The notes under the pieces were generated by a model. It was not told where the DNA came from, did not search any database, and was given only the letters and a program-made list of their open reading frames with translations. Shown here in pieces: positions 20,055 through 30,222 of a stretch of DNA of 62,681 nt. Location of the stretch: the NCBI GenBank assembly GCA_964513155.1, contig CAZEMA010000003.1:1-62681 (forward strand), in the 5' to 3' direction. This DNA comes from an uncultured Anaerolineaceae bacterium (GTDB taxonomy: Bacteria; Chloroflexota; Anaerolineae; Anaerolineales; E44-bin32). The position numbers were made by a program, and so were the translations under genes. Positions within the stretch are counted from its first letter, which is position 1; the number at the start of each line of letters is the position of its first letter.

Positions 20055-20345
20055 ATGCGCAACTACGAGCTTGCCTACATCGCAGATCCGGACCTGGACG
20101 AACAAGCGCTCACCGCTCTCGAAGACAAAGTCAAGGGATGGATCGAAGCCGGCGGCGGCCAGATCGTCAAGGTCGATCGTTGGGGTAAGCGGCGATTCGC
20201 CTATCCAATCAAGAAGCGAGTCGAGGGTTTCTACTTCATCGTCGACGCCCAATTGCCGCCCCAGGCAAGCGTACCCATCGAGCGCGATCTCAGGCTTAGT
20301 GAGCAGGTCCTGCGCTACATGATCACGCTGCAAGAGCCCGCGTGA
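20055..20345 (+). CDS. rpsF: 30S ribosomal protein S6
   Basis: MRNYELAYIADP...WGKRRFAYPI. AAGGAGGG RBS at 20041-20048. The long ORF-track extension (19431-) is non-coding. Confidence 0.9.
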   Translation: MRNYELAYIADPDLDEQALTALEDKVKGWIEAGGGQIVKVDRWGKRRFAYPIKKRVEGFYFIVDAQLPPQASVPIERDLRLSEQVLRYMITLQEPA

Positions 20346-20371
20346 GGCTGGTCCGGTGAAAGGAGTTCGAC

Positions 20372-20767
20372 ATGAGCCGAGGCCTGAACAAGGTGATGAT
20401 CATCGGCCACCTGGGACGCGATCCGGAGATGCGCTATACGCCCTCGGGCCGGCCGGTCACGACCTTCAGCGTGGCCACGACCCGATCCTGGAACACAGCC
20501 GAGGGCGTTCGACGCGAGGAGACGGAGTGGTTCAATGTCGTCGTCTGGGGGAGCCTGGCGGAGATCTGCAACCAGTATCTACGCAAGGGCCAACAGGTCT
20601 ACCTTGAGGGTCGTCTCCAGACACGGCGGTGGGATGACCCCGAAGGCAAGAAGCACTTCACCACGGAGCTGGTGGCCAAAGAGATGATCCTGCTCGGCGA
20701 GCGACGAGAGACAGGTGCAGCGCAGTTCGAGGCCGCCCCTGGAGAGGATGAGGACTTTCCTTTCTAG
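20372..20767 (+). CDS. ssb: Single-stranded DNA-binding protein
   Basis: OB-fold N-terminus LNKVMIIGHLGRDPEMRYTPSG and an acidic C-terminal tip DEDFPF. Confidence 0.9.
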   Translation: MSRGLNKVMIIGHLGRDPEMRYTPSGRPVTTFSVATTRSWNTAEGVRREETEWFNVVVWGSLAEICNQYLRKGQQVYLEGRLQTRRWDDPEGKKHFTTELVAKEMILLGERRETGAAQFEAAPGEDEDFPF

Positions 20768-20825
20768 CCGGCCGAAGGCAAACCTCTTAGAGGCGCCAGC
20801 GGGAGCTGGCGCGGGAGTGTGAGAG

Positions 20826-21125
20826 TTGGCTGGAGAACCTAGGGATCTGGATCCGGAGGAGGAGCAATTCGCCCCCGACGAGCGCGACAGTGGCCGCCGG
20901 CGGTTTATCCGCCGTCCACGCCTCTGTCAGTTCTGCGCCGAGAAGGCGACCGTCATCGACTACAAGCAGTCCGAGATGCTCAAGCGGTATGTGACCGAGC
21001 AGGGGAGGATCCGCTCCCGCCGTCAGACGGGCACCTGCGCCAAGCATCAACGCATCCTGGCGCGGGCGATCAAGCGAGCCAGGCACTTGGCGCTGCTTCC
21101 GTTCGCGGCGGAAAGGACGCGCTGA
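20826..21125 (+). CDS. rpsR: 30S ribosomal protein S18
   Basis: CQFCAEK..IDYKQ...[36 protein letters not shown]. The TTG start is uncertain. Confidence 0.85.
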   Translation: MAGEPRDLDPEEEQFAPDERDSGRRRFIRRPRLCQFCAEKATVIDYKQSEMLKRYVTEQGRIRSRRQTGTCAKHQRILARAIKRARHLALLPFAAERTR

Positions 21126-21206
21126 GGTCCATTGGTCATCGCTTCGGGGCATGGGGCGATCTGCCCCGTGCCCCCTTTGCCTGTGCGCCGACAGGAGGCC
21201 TGACGG

Positions 21207-22496
21207 ATGAGCAGGAAACGGATCGCTCCCATGGTAACCAAGAAACACCTGGCACGCGCCGAGCGGGAGCGCATCCAAACCCGTTGGATTGTCACCGGCA
21301 CGATTGCCACGGCCGTCCTGGTGGTCGGAATCCTGGCCTACGGTTGGATCCGGACCGAAGTCATCGAGCCGGGCCAACCGGTCGCCACCGTGAATGGTGA
21401 GCAGATCACGACGCGGCAGTTCCAAGGTCAGGTCCGGCTTTCCCGGTACAGCCTGATCAACAACTTCCAGAGCATGCAGCAAATGTATAGCTGGTTTGCC
21501 TCGGACCCGAATCTTCAGGCGATGGTCGAGCAGCGGTTGACCTCGATCGCCAGCCAACTGGCCGACGCGCGCAGCCTGGGGGAGACGGTTCTGGATCAGA
21601 TGGTCGACGACCTCCTGATTCGGAAGGAGGCTCAGCAGAGAGGCATCACGGTTTCCCAAGCCGATGTGGATCAGGCCATCGAGGCCGAATTCAGCTTCTA
21701 CCCGAACGGCACCCCCACGCTTGCACCCACGGCGACCCTCTCCCCGGTGGAGGAGACCGAGCAGGCAACCACACCGACCGTCACCGTTGGTCCGACCGCG
21801 ACCGAGCTCCCGACCGGCACGCCATCTGTTACCTTCACGCCAGGCCCCAGCCCGACCGTGACGGCCACCTCCGGACCAGAGCCGACGGCCACAGCCTACA
21901 CACGCGATGCCTTCGAGGCCAATTACCGGGAGCAGATCGACGGCGTGTATACATCGGCCGGGGTATCCGAGTCGGACTTCCGGGCACAGGTTGAGGCTGG
22001 TCTCTACCGGTCCAGGCTGATGCAGGCCTTCGAGGCGGAAGTCCCGCGAGAAGAGGATCAGGTTCACGCACAGCACATCCTGGTGGCGGACGAGGCCACG
22101 GCCGAAGTCGTGCTCAACCGACTGGCTGCAGGAGACGCCTGGGAAGCGCTGGTGACGGAGTTCTCCACCGACACCGGCACCGTGGATGCCGCAGGTGACC
22201 TGGGCTGGTTTACCCGGGGCGTAATGGATCCGGCCTTCGAGGCCGCGGCCTTCTCCACGCCTGTCGGCGAGGTCAGCCCGCCTGTCCAGTCGGCCTACGG
22301 CTGGCACATCATCGAGGTCCTTGGTCACGAGAGCCGCGCCCTGACGGCGTCCCAATTCCAGCAGGCTGCGCAAGCGTACTTCGACGAATGGCTTACGGGC
22401 CAACGATCAACGGCGGAGATCGTGAAGTTCGACATCTGGGAGGCGCGAGTCCCGACTGAGCCGGCGTTGTCCGTCTCGGCGAGCGAGTCCAGCTAG
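21207..22496 (+). CDS. Membrane-anchored parvulin-type peptidyl-prolyl isomerase (SurA/PrsA-like)
   Basis: N-terminal TM segment, Thr/Pro-rich linker, and a parvulin core HILV...GDLGWFTRGVMDPAFEAAAF...SAYGWHIIEV. Confidence 0.75.
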   Translation: MSRKRIAPMVTKKHLARAERERIQTRWIVTGTIATAVLVVGILAYGWIRTEVIEPGQPVATVNGEQITTRQFQGQVRLSRYSLINNFQSMQQMYSWFASDPNLQAMVEQRLTSIASQLADARSLGETVLDQMVDDLLIRKEAQQRGITVSQADVDQAIEAEFSFYPNGTPTLAPTATLSPVEETEQATTPTVTVGPTATELPTGTPSVTFTPGPSPTVTATSGPEPTATAYTRDAFEANYREQIDGVYTSAGVSESDFRAQVEAGLYRSRLMQAFEAEVPREEDQVHAQHILVADEATAEVVLNRLAAGDAWEALVTEFSTDTGTVDAAGDLGWFTRGVMDPAFEAAAFSTPVGEVSPPVQSAYGWHIIEVLGHESRALTASQFQQAAQAYFDEWLTGQRSTAEIVKFDIWEARVPTEPALSVSASESS

Positions 22497-22543
22497 GGGC
22501 GAGGACCCTCCGGCCTACGATAGACCAAACGCAAACGAGAAGC

Positions 22544-22574
22544 GCGGGGCGTCCGGAGTGTCCGGGCGCCCCGC
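22544..22574 (+). terminator. GC hairpin downstream of the PPIase gene
   Basis: GCGGGGCG ...15 nt... CGCCCCGC, 48 nt after the stop. No U-tract. Confidence 0.35.
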
Positions 22575-22774
22575 CTCTGTTGCCTACGCCAAGCCAGCCC
22601 GCTCGACGGACGCCTTCCCTCCGGGACGCTCTTCTCCTCAACCCTGGAGCTCCCGGTGAAACCTCGCTCACCCCGGACCGCAAGGCACCCATCCCCCGCC
22701 GTACACAGACGCCGACCTCAGCGGCGCGCTTCTGCCGCAGGCGACCGCCGCATCATAGTAGTGCGCTTCGCCTC

Positions 22775-22803
22775 TTGTTGGTCACCGGGCCAGCGGCTAT
22801 ACT
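22775..22803 (+). promoter_or_regulatory. Putative promoter TTGTTG-N17-TATACT for relA/spoT
   Basis: The -10 ends 17 nt before ATG 22821. Confidence 0.45.
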
Positions 22804-22820
22804 GTGGTTGGACGGTGCGG

Positions 22821-24974
22821 ATGAATCTCGGAGGTGTGCTGAAGGCTCTGCCTGAGAATATTCCTCCGGCTGACCGGGAGATGCTCCAACGCGCCTACGA
22901 ATTCGCCGATCGGGCGCATTCGGATCAGAAGCGCGCCTCGGGTGAGGCCTACGTCCAGCATTGCCTCGCCGTAGCGCAAATCCTGGCAGAGCTGGGAGCC
23001 CCGCTGCCCGTGGTCGCAGCGGGGCTGCTACATGACACGGTCGAAGACACCGAGGTCAAGCTCGAGGAGGTCAAGCGCGAGTTCGGGCCCGAAGTCGCCA
23101 AGCTGGTCGACGGCGTCACCAAGCTGACCCAACTGCCCCGGGTAACCCGGCGCGATGGCAAGGGCAAGGAGGAGCGCCGGGCCGACCTGGCCAAGGAGAC
23201 CTTGCGCAAGGTTTTCCTGGCAATGGGGGACGACGTGCGCGTCGTTCTGATTAAACTGGCGGACCGACTCCACAACATGCGCACCCTGACGCACCTGCCG
23301 GCGGAGAAGCGTACCCGGATTGCGAACGAGACCCTTGAGATCTTCGCCCCCCTGGCTAACCGACTGGGCATGTGGCAGGTCAAATGGGAGCTCGAGGATC
23401 TGAGCTTCCGTTACGTCTACCCTGAGAAGTACAAAGAGATTGCCACTGGCCTGGCTGAGAGACGGGGGGACCGGGAGAAGGATCTTGAGGATATCTGTGT
23501 CCGCCTGCAGTCCGTGCTTTCTGAGGCGGGGATCCTGGCCGAGGTCACGGGACGCCCCAAGCACCTGTATTCCATCTATCGCAAGATGGAGCGCAAGGGG
23601 ATCCCCCTGGATATGGTCTACGACGTCCGGGGCGTGCGGGTGATCGTGGAGACCGAGTCCGACTGCTATCTCAGCCTGGGAGTCATCCACAGCCACTGGA
23701 AGCCGGTTCCGGGAACCTTCGACGACTATGTCGCCACGCCCAAGGACAACTTCTACCGGTCGCTGCACACGGCAGTCGTATTTGACGACGGTAAGACCGT
23801 CGAGGTCCAGATCCGCACGCCCGAGATGGACGAGAACGCCGAGTTGGGAATCGCGGCGCACTGGCGTTACAAGGAAGGGCGGCGCCGGGATGAGGCCTTT
23901 GAGCAGCGGATCCTGTGGCTGCGCCGGCTGATGGAATGGCGCCAGGAGGTCGACGACGCCACGGACTTCGTTGACGCCATGAAGTCGGATGTCTTTGAGG
24001 ATCGGGCCTATGTCTTCACCCCCAAGGGCGACATCATCGATCTGCCGGCTCGTTCGACCCCGATCGACTTTGCGTACCACATCCACACCGACATTGGCCA
24101 CCGTTGCCGTGGCGCCAAGGTCAACGGCAAGTTAGTCACGCTGGACTACAAGCTGCAGACGGGCGAGACGGTCGAGATTCTGACGGCCAAGCGCGGCGGA
24201 CCCAGCCGGGACTGGCTCAACCCCAGCCTGGAGATGGTCAGAACCCAACGCGCCCGGGGGAAGATCCGCCAGTGGTTCAAGTGGCAGGACCGGGAGCAGA
24301 ATGTCGCCCACGGCCGGGCGCTGCTTGACCGAGAGTTGCACCGCCTGGGAATCGAGGGCCTGACGCATGAGCAGATCGCCCGTGATGTCGGGTTTGCCCA
24401 GGCCGAGGATCTTCTGGCGGCCATCGGCTGCGGCGACATTCATCTGGGCAAGATCGTCGCCCGGCTGGTGGAGAAAGAGGAGCAGGCTCTGGGCGATTTG
24501 GCCGGCCCCAGGGTGGTTCAGCCCTTGGCGCCTCTTGACGAGATCAGCATCCTGGGGACGAGCGGGCTCCTGAACACTCTGGGTCGGTGTTGTCGGCCGG
24601 CGGCGGGCGACCCGATCGTCGGGTACGTCACCCGCGGCCGAGGCGTGACAATCCACCGCCGGGATTGCCCCAACGTCCTGCGCATCGCCGACAAGGAGCG
24701 CCTGATCCAGGTCTCCTGGGGTCAGGCTCGCAGAACCTACCCCGTTTACATTCGCATTCGCGCCTACGATCGGGAAGGGCTGCTGCGCGATGTCTCTTCC
24801 CTTGTCACCAACGAGGGCGTGAACATGCCCTCGGTCCAGGCCTCCACCAAGAACAGTCTGGCGGTCTTCAACCTGGAGCTTGAGATCACCGACCTCGCGC
24901 AACTCAGCCGTGTCCTGAATCGCCTCGAGGCGCTTCCCAATGTGCTCGAGGCCTGCCGGGTTCGACCGGGTTAG
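22821..24974 (+). CDS. relA: Bifunctional (p)ppGpp synthetase/hydrolase (RelA/SpoT homologue)
   Basis: HD domain (HDTVEDT), synthetase motif (YRSLHTAV..EVQIRT), TGS and C-terminal ACT-like region. Start at MNLGG (22821). Confidence 0.9.
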   Translation: MNLGGVLKALPENIPPADREMLQRAYEFADRAHSDQKRASGEAYVQHCLAVAQILAELGAPLPVVAAGLLHDTVEDTEVKLEEVKREFGPEVAKLVDGVTKLTQLPRVTRRDGKGKEERRADLAKETLRKVFLAMGDDVRVVLIKLADRLHNMRTLTHLPAEKRTRIANETLEIFAPLANRLGMWQVKWELEDLSFRYVYPEKYKEIATGLAERRGDREKDLEDICVRLQSVLSEAGILAEVTGRPKHLYSIYRKMERKGIPLDMVYDVRGVRVIVETESDCYLSLGVIHSHWKPVPGTFDDYVATPKDNFYRSLHTAVVFDDGKTVEVQIRTPEMDENAELGIAAHWRYKEGRRRDEAFEQRILWLRRLMEWRQEVDDATDFVDAMKSDVFEDRAYVFTPKGDIIDLPARSTPIDFAYHIHTDIGHRCRGAKVNGKLVTLDYKLQTGETVEILTAKRGGPSRDWLNPSLEMVRTQRARGKIRQWFKWQDREQNVAHGRALLDRELHRLGIEGLTHEQIARDVGFAQAEDLLAAIGCGDIHLGKIVARLVEKEEQALGDLAGPRVVQPLAPLDEISILGTSGLLNTLGRCCRPAAGDPIVGYVTRGRGVTIHRRDCPNVLRIADKERLIQVSWGQARRTYPVYIRIRAYDREGLLRDVSSLVTNEGVNMPSVQASTKNSLAVFNLELEITDLAQLSRVLNRLEALPNVLEACRVRPG

Positions 24975-24989
24975 CGCAGTCTTCCCTGG

Positions 24990-24998
24990 TGGTATAAT
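24990..24998 (+). promoter_or_regulatory. Extended -10 TGGTATAAT upstream of moeA
   Basis: Located 30 nt upstream of ATG 25029, just after the relA stop. Confidence 0.45.
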
Positions 24999-25028
24999 CC
25001 CGGCCTGCTTGTCGCCCACCAGATCGAA

Positions 25029-26285
25029 ATGCCTCAACCTCTTCTCAGCGTATCCGAAGCTCTGCACCGCGTCCTCGCCGACTTGAAGCCGTTGCCCGCC
25101 GACTCCGTCTCGCTGACGGAGAGCCTCGGCAGGGTCTTGGCCGAAGACGTCACCGCCGGCTTTGATCTACCGCCATTCCCGAATTCGGCGATGGATGGGT
25201 ATGCGGTGCGGGCAGTCGATGTCGTGGCGGCCTCGGCCGAGCAGCCGGTAGTGCTGCGGGTTTTGGGTGAGGCAGGGACTGGCCAGGCCGTGTCGGCGAA
25301 GGTTGCGCTCGGCGGGGCCGTCCGCGTGATGACCGGCGCTCCTATGCCGGAGGGCGCCGACGCCGTCGTCCCGGTGGAGGACACGACGGACCCCTCGGCG
25401 ATGGCCGGCCGACCTCTCCCGTCGCAGATCGGCGTGTGCGCGCCGGCCAGGTCGGGCGCCTACGTGCGTCGGGCGGGTCAGGATGTCCAGGCGGGAAGCC
25501 TGGTTCTCCGGGCGGGCCAGCGGCTCAGACCCCAGGATGTGGGCATGCTCGCCGCCCTGGGTGTCACCCGTCCACGGGTGAGCCGCAAGGCGCGCCTGGC
25601 GATCCTGTCAACGGGAGACGAGCTCGTCGAGCCGGATCAACCTCTTGCCCCCGGCCAAATCCGCGATGCCAACGGGTACAGCCTGATGGCGGCCGTCCAG
25701 GCTGCCGGGGCCGAGGCCATTCGCCTGGGGATCGTCCGTGACCAGGCCCAGGCTGTCGCCGACGGGCTGGACCGGGCGGTCGCGGCTGGTGCCGACCTGA
25801 TCCTGGCCTCCGCGGGCGTCAGCATGGGGGCTTACGACTTTGTGCGTCCTGTCGTACAGGAGCGCGGCAAGCTGGAGTTCTGGAAGGTCAACATGCGGCC
25901 GGGAAAGCCTCTGGCGCTCGGCACTTACCGGGAGGTTCCATTTCTCGGCTTGCCGGGCAACCCCGTCTCGGCGATGGTCACCTTTGAGGTGTTCGTGCGG
26001 CCGGCGATCCGGCGCCTGCATGGGCAGACCGGCGAAGCGCGACTGCGCTTTGTCGCACGCCTCGACCAGGCGATCGAATCGGACGGACGCGAGACGTATC
26101 TGAGGGCCGTCGTCCAGTGGGGAGAGGGTTGGTATCATGCCCGCCCGACTCGGAGCCAAGACTCGAATATCCTCTCGTCCCTGGTCGAGGCGAACGCGCT
26201 CTTGCGTCTGCCGGCGGGCGTCCGATTCGCCCGGGAGGGGGAGACACTGGAAGGCTGGTTCCTCGAGCCTCTTCGCGCGGATTGA
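25029..26285 (+). CDS. moeA: Molybdopterin molybdotransferase
   Basis: PPFPNSAMDGYAV, STGDEL and GLPGNPVSA motifs. Confidence 0.9.
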   Translation: MPQPLLSVSEALHRVLADLKPLPADSVSLTESLGRVLAEDVTAGFDLPPFPNSAMDGYAVRAVDVVAASAEQPVVLRVLGEAGTGQAVSAKVALGGAVRVMTGAPMPEGADAVVPVEDTTDPSAMAGRPLPSQIGVCAPARSGAYVRRAGQDVQAGSLVLRAGQRLRPQDVGMLAALGVTRPRVSRKARLAILSTGDELVEPDQPLAPGQIRDANGYSLMAAVQAAGAEAIRLGIVRDQAQAVADGLDRAVAAGADLILASAGVSMGAYDFVRPVVQERGKLEFWKVNMRPGKPLALGTYREVPFLGLPGNPVSAMVTFEVFVRPAIRRLHGQTGEARLRFVARLDQAIESDGRETYLRAVVQWGEGWYHARPTRSQDSNILSSLVEANALLRLPAGVRFAREGETLEGWFLEPLRAD

Positions 26286-26666
26286 AGCTTGAGCACAGGA
26301 ACAGACCCAGGGGGCACAGGGGACCGGAGGAGCCCCGGGAGCGGAGCTCGGCTGCGGACAGGTGCGCATGCCCATGCACCTGGATATCCGTCAAGTGAGC
26401 CTCCGTCCCGGTTGCGCTTCTGCAGTACATGCCGCATACTTGCGCACCGCCGCCCGGGCAGAATCGAGGCCCAGATCAGAGGCGCGCACGGGGGCTTGTA
26501 TCTGGTAGCATTGGATGATGTGCCGGAACGTCGTGAGCGGGCCGAGGGGCAAGGAGCCTAAGCTTTGGTCTGCCTACGCTCTGGGGGGCAGGAAGTTGTC
26601 AGTGGACTACTGAGCTCGGTCTGCCCGCGGGGGGCCAGCTCTGGGGAGCAAAGGGAGGGATAGGCC

Positions 26667-26915
26667 ATGCCTCGAATCCGCTGCCGGTATGTCGATTGTG
26701 TCTTCCTCGAGGACGGCTATTGTGGCGCGGCGGCCGTCGAGATCGACCCCGACGAAGGCTGCCTGACCTATTCGCACATCGACGATGTCCCGGCGGATGA
26801 GGAATGGGATGAGGAGGATCTCGAGGAGATGTGGGAGGAGGAAGACGAGGACCTCTACCGCAACAACGAGGAAGAGGATGAGTCCTGGCTGGACGAAGAA
26901 GAGGAAGAGATATAG
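26667..26915 (+). CDS. Small Cys-containing protein (DUF1540-like N-terminus) with an extremely acidic tail
   Basis: GGGAGGGA RBS. IRCRYVDCVFLEDGYCGAAAVEIDPDEGC has a C-x4-C-x7-C...C pattern. The C-terminal ~45 aa are dominated by D/E. Confidence 0.55.
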   Translation: MPRIRCRYVDCVFLEDGYCGAAAVEIDPDEGCLTYSHIDDVPADEEWDEEDLEEMWEEEDEDLYRNNEEEDESWLDEEEEEI

Positions 26916-27114
26916 CCGAGGCCCCATGTCAAGCGCCTGGCGTTCGAGCCCCCGACACACCGTGGGAGACCAGCCGGTGTCAGGCCTTCTCGTTCGGAGG
27001 CACGGGGGCGGGCAAGGCGGGATCCGTGGTTCGGAGCCCGCACCGGATTGGGGCACCCGACCCAAGCGCGACACTCTCAGGATCTAGGCTGACGTTCCCA
27101 GCACAAGTAGCACG

Positions 27115-27143
27115 CAGGCGAGCCAGCTAAAGTGGCTCGCCTG
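27115..27143. terminator. Hairpin between convergent genes (bidirectional terminator candidate)
   Basis: CAGGCGAGCCA / GCTAAAG / TGGCTCGCCTG. Confidence 0.5.
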
Positions 27144-27172
27144 TGGTATCTGAACTCGGGTTGACGTTGCCG

Positions 27173-27895
27173 CTATTCGGAGGAGGTTGAGCGGGCCCGG
27201 GTTTGCAGCGTTCGTGAGATGATGTCTTCCTGAGTCTTCCGATTCCGGCGGCCACCGGTACCAGCAATCGCTCCCCGGGAGTCGCCAGCTTCAGACTTTT
27301 CCATCGCCTGACGGAGGGCGACTTCCATGGCTGTTGGCAGAGGCGCCTCCGACTCTGCCTCTTGCTCCTCGACAACTTCAACCTCGACCACCTTCATGCT
27401 AAGTCGGATCTGGCGCTTCTTCCGATCGATGTCCAAAACGGTCACATCGATCTCATCACCCACCTTGACCACATCAGCCGGGTTGCTGACGTAGCCTGAG
27501 CTCATCTCGCTGACGTGGACCATGCCAGCTTTCTCGGCCCCGATGTCCACAAACGCCCCGAACTTCTCGAGACGTACGACCTTGCCCTTCAGCCTCAAGC
27601 CCGGCTTCAGCTCCCTCCAATCGACCAGCAGAGGGCGGATCATGGTGAGTTCCAGGCGACCTGAGGCAGGTTCCACCCGGTGAACCCAAACCTCGACGCT
27701 CTGGCCTTCCTGAACCGCGTCCTCGACCCGGTTGACATGGCCCTGGCGCAGCATCGAGATATGAACCAAGCCAGGGACGCCGACGCCCACATCGACGAAG
27801 GCGCCGAACATCTCGATCTTGGTGACTTTGCCTTCCAGCTGCATCCTGGGTTTCAAGTCAGCCAGCTGGGTAGGAGGAGTCTCTAGGGGTTCCAC
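27173..27895 (-). CDS. RNA-binding protein with two S1 domains
   Basis: GKVTKIEMFGAFVDVG and GKVVRLEKFGAFVDIG S1 signatures, followed by an acidic/basic tail. Confidence 0.8.
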   Translation of the reverse strand: MEPLETPPTQLADLKPRMQLEGKVTKIEMFGAFVDVGVGVPGLVHISMLRQGHVNRVEDAVQEGQSVEVWVHRVEPASGRLELTMIRPLLVDWRELKPGLRLKGKVVRLEKFGAFVDIGAEKAGMVHVSEMSSGYVSNPADVVKVGDEIDVTVLDIDRKKRQIRLSMKVVEVEVVEEQEAESEAPLPTAMEVALRQAMEKSEAGDSRGAIAGTGGRRNRKTQEDIISRTLQTRARSTSSE

Positions 27896-27944
27896 GAAAG
27901 TACCTTCCTGAATTGGGATCTTCGTTCCAGGGGATAGCGTCGGG

Positions 27945-27953
27945 ATTATATCA
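27945..27953 (-). promoter_or_regulatory. Extended -10 TGATATAAT (minus strand) upstream of the S1-domain gene
   Basis: About 50 nt upstream of ATG 27895. Confidence 0.45.
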
Positions 27954-27972
27954 CATGCCCGAAGCCACTCTC

Positions 27973-29670
27973 CTAGGGCGTTGCCGTCACCCCTTCGCTC
28001 AAGCTACGGCGGGCAAGGAGATACCACGATAGGATCGAACCGAACCGGTCGCTGGGATCGAGGAGGGGGCCCACCGTCACTCCTTGAACCTCGGCATCGA
28101 TGCCGCAGCTGTAGACTGGGTGGTAGAGGAGAAGTGCCGGGACCTGATCCTGGAAGCGGTGTTGTACGCTCCGGTAGAGGTCGGTGCGGCGGGCAATGCT
28201 GGGCGTGATGCGAGCTTGTTCGAGCCAGATGCTGATGTTGCGGTCGTTGAACCCGCTGTAGTTCTGCCCGCTCTCGGCTTGAGAGTCATGCCAGAAAGGG
28301 TACGGGTCGGGATCCGGGTAGCGCGAGAGATTGAGGTCGGTGAGGGCGGCCTCGAACGTCCGCGGGAGGAGATGCTCCTCCATCATCGCCTGAGGCGTGA
28401 CCGGGGTCAGCGTGACCTGGATCCCCACGGCGGCCCAATAGGACTGGAGGCCCTCGGCAACCTGGGCATGGATCAGATCATCCAGGTAAAGAAGCTCGAA
28501 AGCGAGTGGGGTCTCGTCTTTCGTCCGGACGTACTCCAGAGTGCCTGGCATCGCCCCCGTCGGGAGAACCCAACCGGCGTCGTCTAACAAGGCCGCCGCC
28601 CGGTCCGCGTCGAAGGGGGTCGGCTCAAGGCCGGGAGCGAAAGCCCAGGAAGAGGGCAGAATCGGTCCCGCGGCCAAGATTCCCTGGCCCCCCAGAACGT
28701 GGTCGATGATCCATTGGCGGTTGACCGAGAACAGCAGGGCCTGCCGGACCTTCTTGTCGGCGAAGAAGGTTCGCTCTGGGTTCTGCAGATTCAGGAATAC
28801 CAAAGAAACCCGGGGCAGGATCGAGGAGTGGACGTTCAGCTCTGGCATCCCTAGGGCCTGGGGCAGCGTCGGGCTGTCGAGCAGGCTGATCCCCTGGACT
28901 TCGCCGGCAATATACGCGTCGAGCGCTTCCAGAGATGTGTCATAGGTCCGGAACTCGACCCGCTCGAGGTACGGCTTCTCGCCGTAGTAGTCGGGGAAGG
29001 CAACCAGGCTCACCCCTCGGAGAATGCCGTCTTCCACCAGGTAGCTCTCGAAGCGGAAGGGTCCGGAGCCGATGGGCTGAAGGTTGAAGGGATGGTCCAC
29101 GAGGTCGGCGGCGCTGACCCCGCGCAGCAAGTGGTCGGGCAACAATCCCAGCGACATGTAGTCGAAGAACGGGGCAAAGGGCTCCGGCAGCTGGAATTGG
29201 ACCGAACGCTCGTCGAGCCGGACCACCCGGATCTGTCGCCACATTTCCCCCAGGTCCGCTGGGCCGAGGTAGCTGGCGTCCTGCAGCTTGGAGTAGGAGT
29301 AGATGACATCGTCGGAGGTCACTGGGACCCCGTCGTGCCAGACCGCGTCGGAGCGTAGGGTGAACGTGTACAGCGTGGCATCGGCCGAAACAGCCCAGCT
29401 CTCAGCCAAGTCCGGGACCGGAAGGCCTCGATCGTCGAAGCGGACCAGACCCGAGTAGAGCAACCGGTCGACGTCTCGGTCGGCCTGGTTAGAGATGTCG
29501 AGCACCGGGTTCAGGCGGATGAGGGGGCCGACCAGCGCCTCCGTGTAGGAGCCGCCGCGCACGGGTTGAGGCACCGTCGTGTGCAAGTCAGGCGTCTGCC
29601 CGAGCAGGAGGCCGATTACCAGAATCAGGCCGCCGATGGCGATCAGCAATTGCCAACGCATGTTGCGCAT
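27973..29670 (-). CDS. ABC transporter substrate-binding protein, family 5 (peptide/nickel type)
   Basis: N-terminal anchor helix. Length and overall pattern (LVRFD..G.PVPDLAESW..S.D..TYTF.LR..V.WHDG) are typical of SBP_bac_5. Confidence 0.75.
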   Translation of the reverse strand: MRNMRWQLLIAIGGLILVIGLLLGQTPDLHTTVPQPVRGGSYTEALVGPLIRLNPVLDISNQADRDVDRLLYSGLVRFDDRGLPVPDLAESWAVSADATLYTFTLRSDAVWHDGVPVTSDDVIYSYSKLQDASYLGPADLGEMWRQIRVVRLDERSVQFQLPEPFAPFFDYMSLGLLPDHLLRGVSAADLVDHPFNLQPIGSGPFRFESYLVEDGILRGVSLVAFPDYYGEKPYLERVEFRTYDTSLEALDAYIAGEVQGISLLDSPTLPQALGMPELNVHSSILPRVSLVFLNLQNPERTFFADKKVRQALLFSVNRQWIIDHVLGGQGILAAGPILPSSWAFAPGLEPTPFDADRAAALLDDAGWVLPTGAMPGTLEYVRTKDETPLAFELLYLDDLIHAQVAEGLQSYWAAVGIQVTLTPVTPQAMMEEHLLPRTFEAALTDLNLSRYPDPDPYPFWHDSQAESGQNYSGFNDRNISIWLEQARITPSIARRTDLYRSVQHRFQDQVPALLLYHPVYSCGIDAEVQGVTVGPLLDPSDRFGSILSWYLLARRSLSEGVTATP

Positions 29671-29714
29671 TTCAGCAGTCGCCGAAGCGGGCGGGGGGTT
29701 GAGAGAGCAGGGCC

Positions 29715-29942
29715 CTAGCCGACGAGGACAACGGTGACGACGGCGAGGACGAAGAAGACGGCCGACAGCCCGATGGTGATGTTGAAGAGCAGGCGTTCAA
29801 TCCCGCGTCGGACGTGGAAACCGGAGCCGCTGAAATCTGCACCTGTAAGGCCGCCTAGCCCTGCCTCCTTGCTCTGGAGGAGGATGACCACGATCAAGGC
29901 AACGGAGACGATGACCATCGCCAGACTCAGGGATTCACGCAT
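29715..29942 (-). CDS. secG: Preprotein translocase subunit SecG
   Basis: 75 aa with two TM helices and LLQSKEAGLGG. Confidence 0.75.
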   Translation of the reverse strand: MRESLSLAMVIVSVALIVVILLQSKEAGLGGLTGADFSGSGFHVRRGIERLLFNITIGLSAVFFVLAVVTVVLVG

Positions 29943-29971
29943 GAACTCCTCTCCTTCGAGTGAGAGCGGGG

Positions 29972-29977
29972 ATTATA
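29972..29977 (-). promoter_or_regulatory. -10 box TATAAT (minus strand) upstream of secG
   Basis: About 30 nt upstream of ATG 29942. A GGAGAGGAG RBS lies in between. Confidence 0.4.
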
Positions 29978-30222
29978 CCCGAAGCCGCTTCCTCCGACAA
30001 GCTGAGCCCCACTGGGCCGCGAGGCAGGGAAGCGATGGGTCCGTGCCCGACAGGCAATCCTCCTGCGCCGGCATCCAGATTGAAGCGCCCGGATCCGACT
30101 TCGTCCGTTATGTGAAGATCGCTCCCGATCCGCGCGCTGCGCAGCCGAGAGGGAAACAGGCTGCAGCAGGAGTGACAATGCCCTCAATCTCTCTGAGGGG
30201 AGCGCTTCCAAGTCTCGGATAT

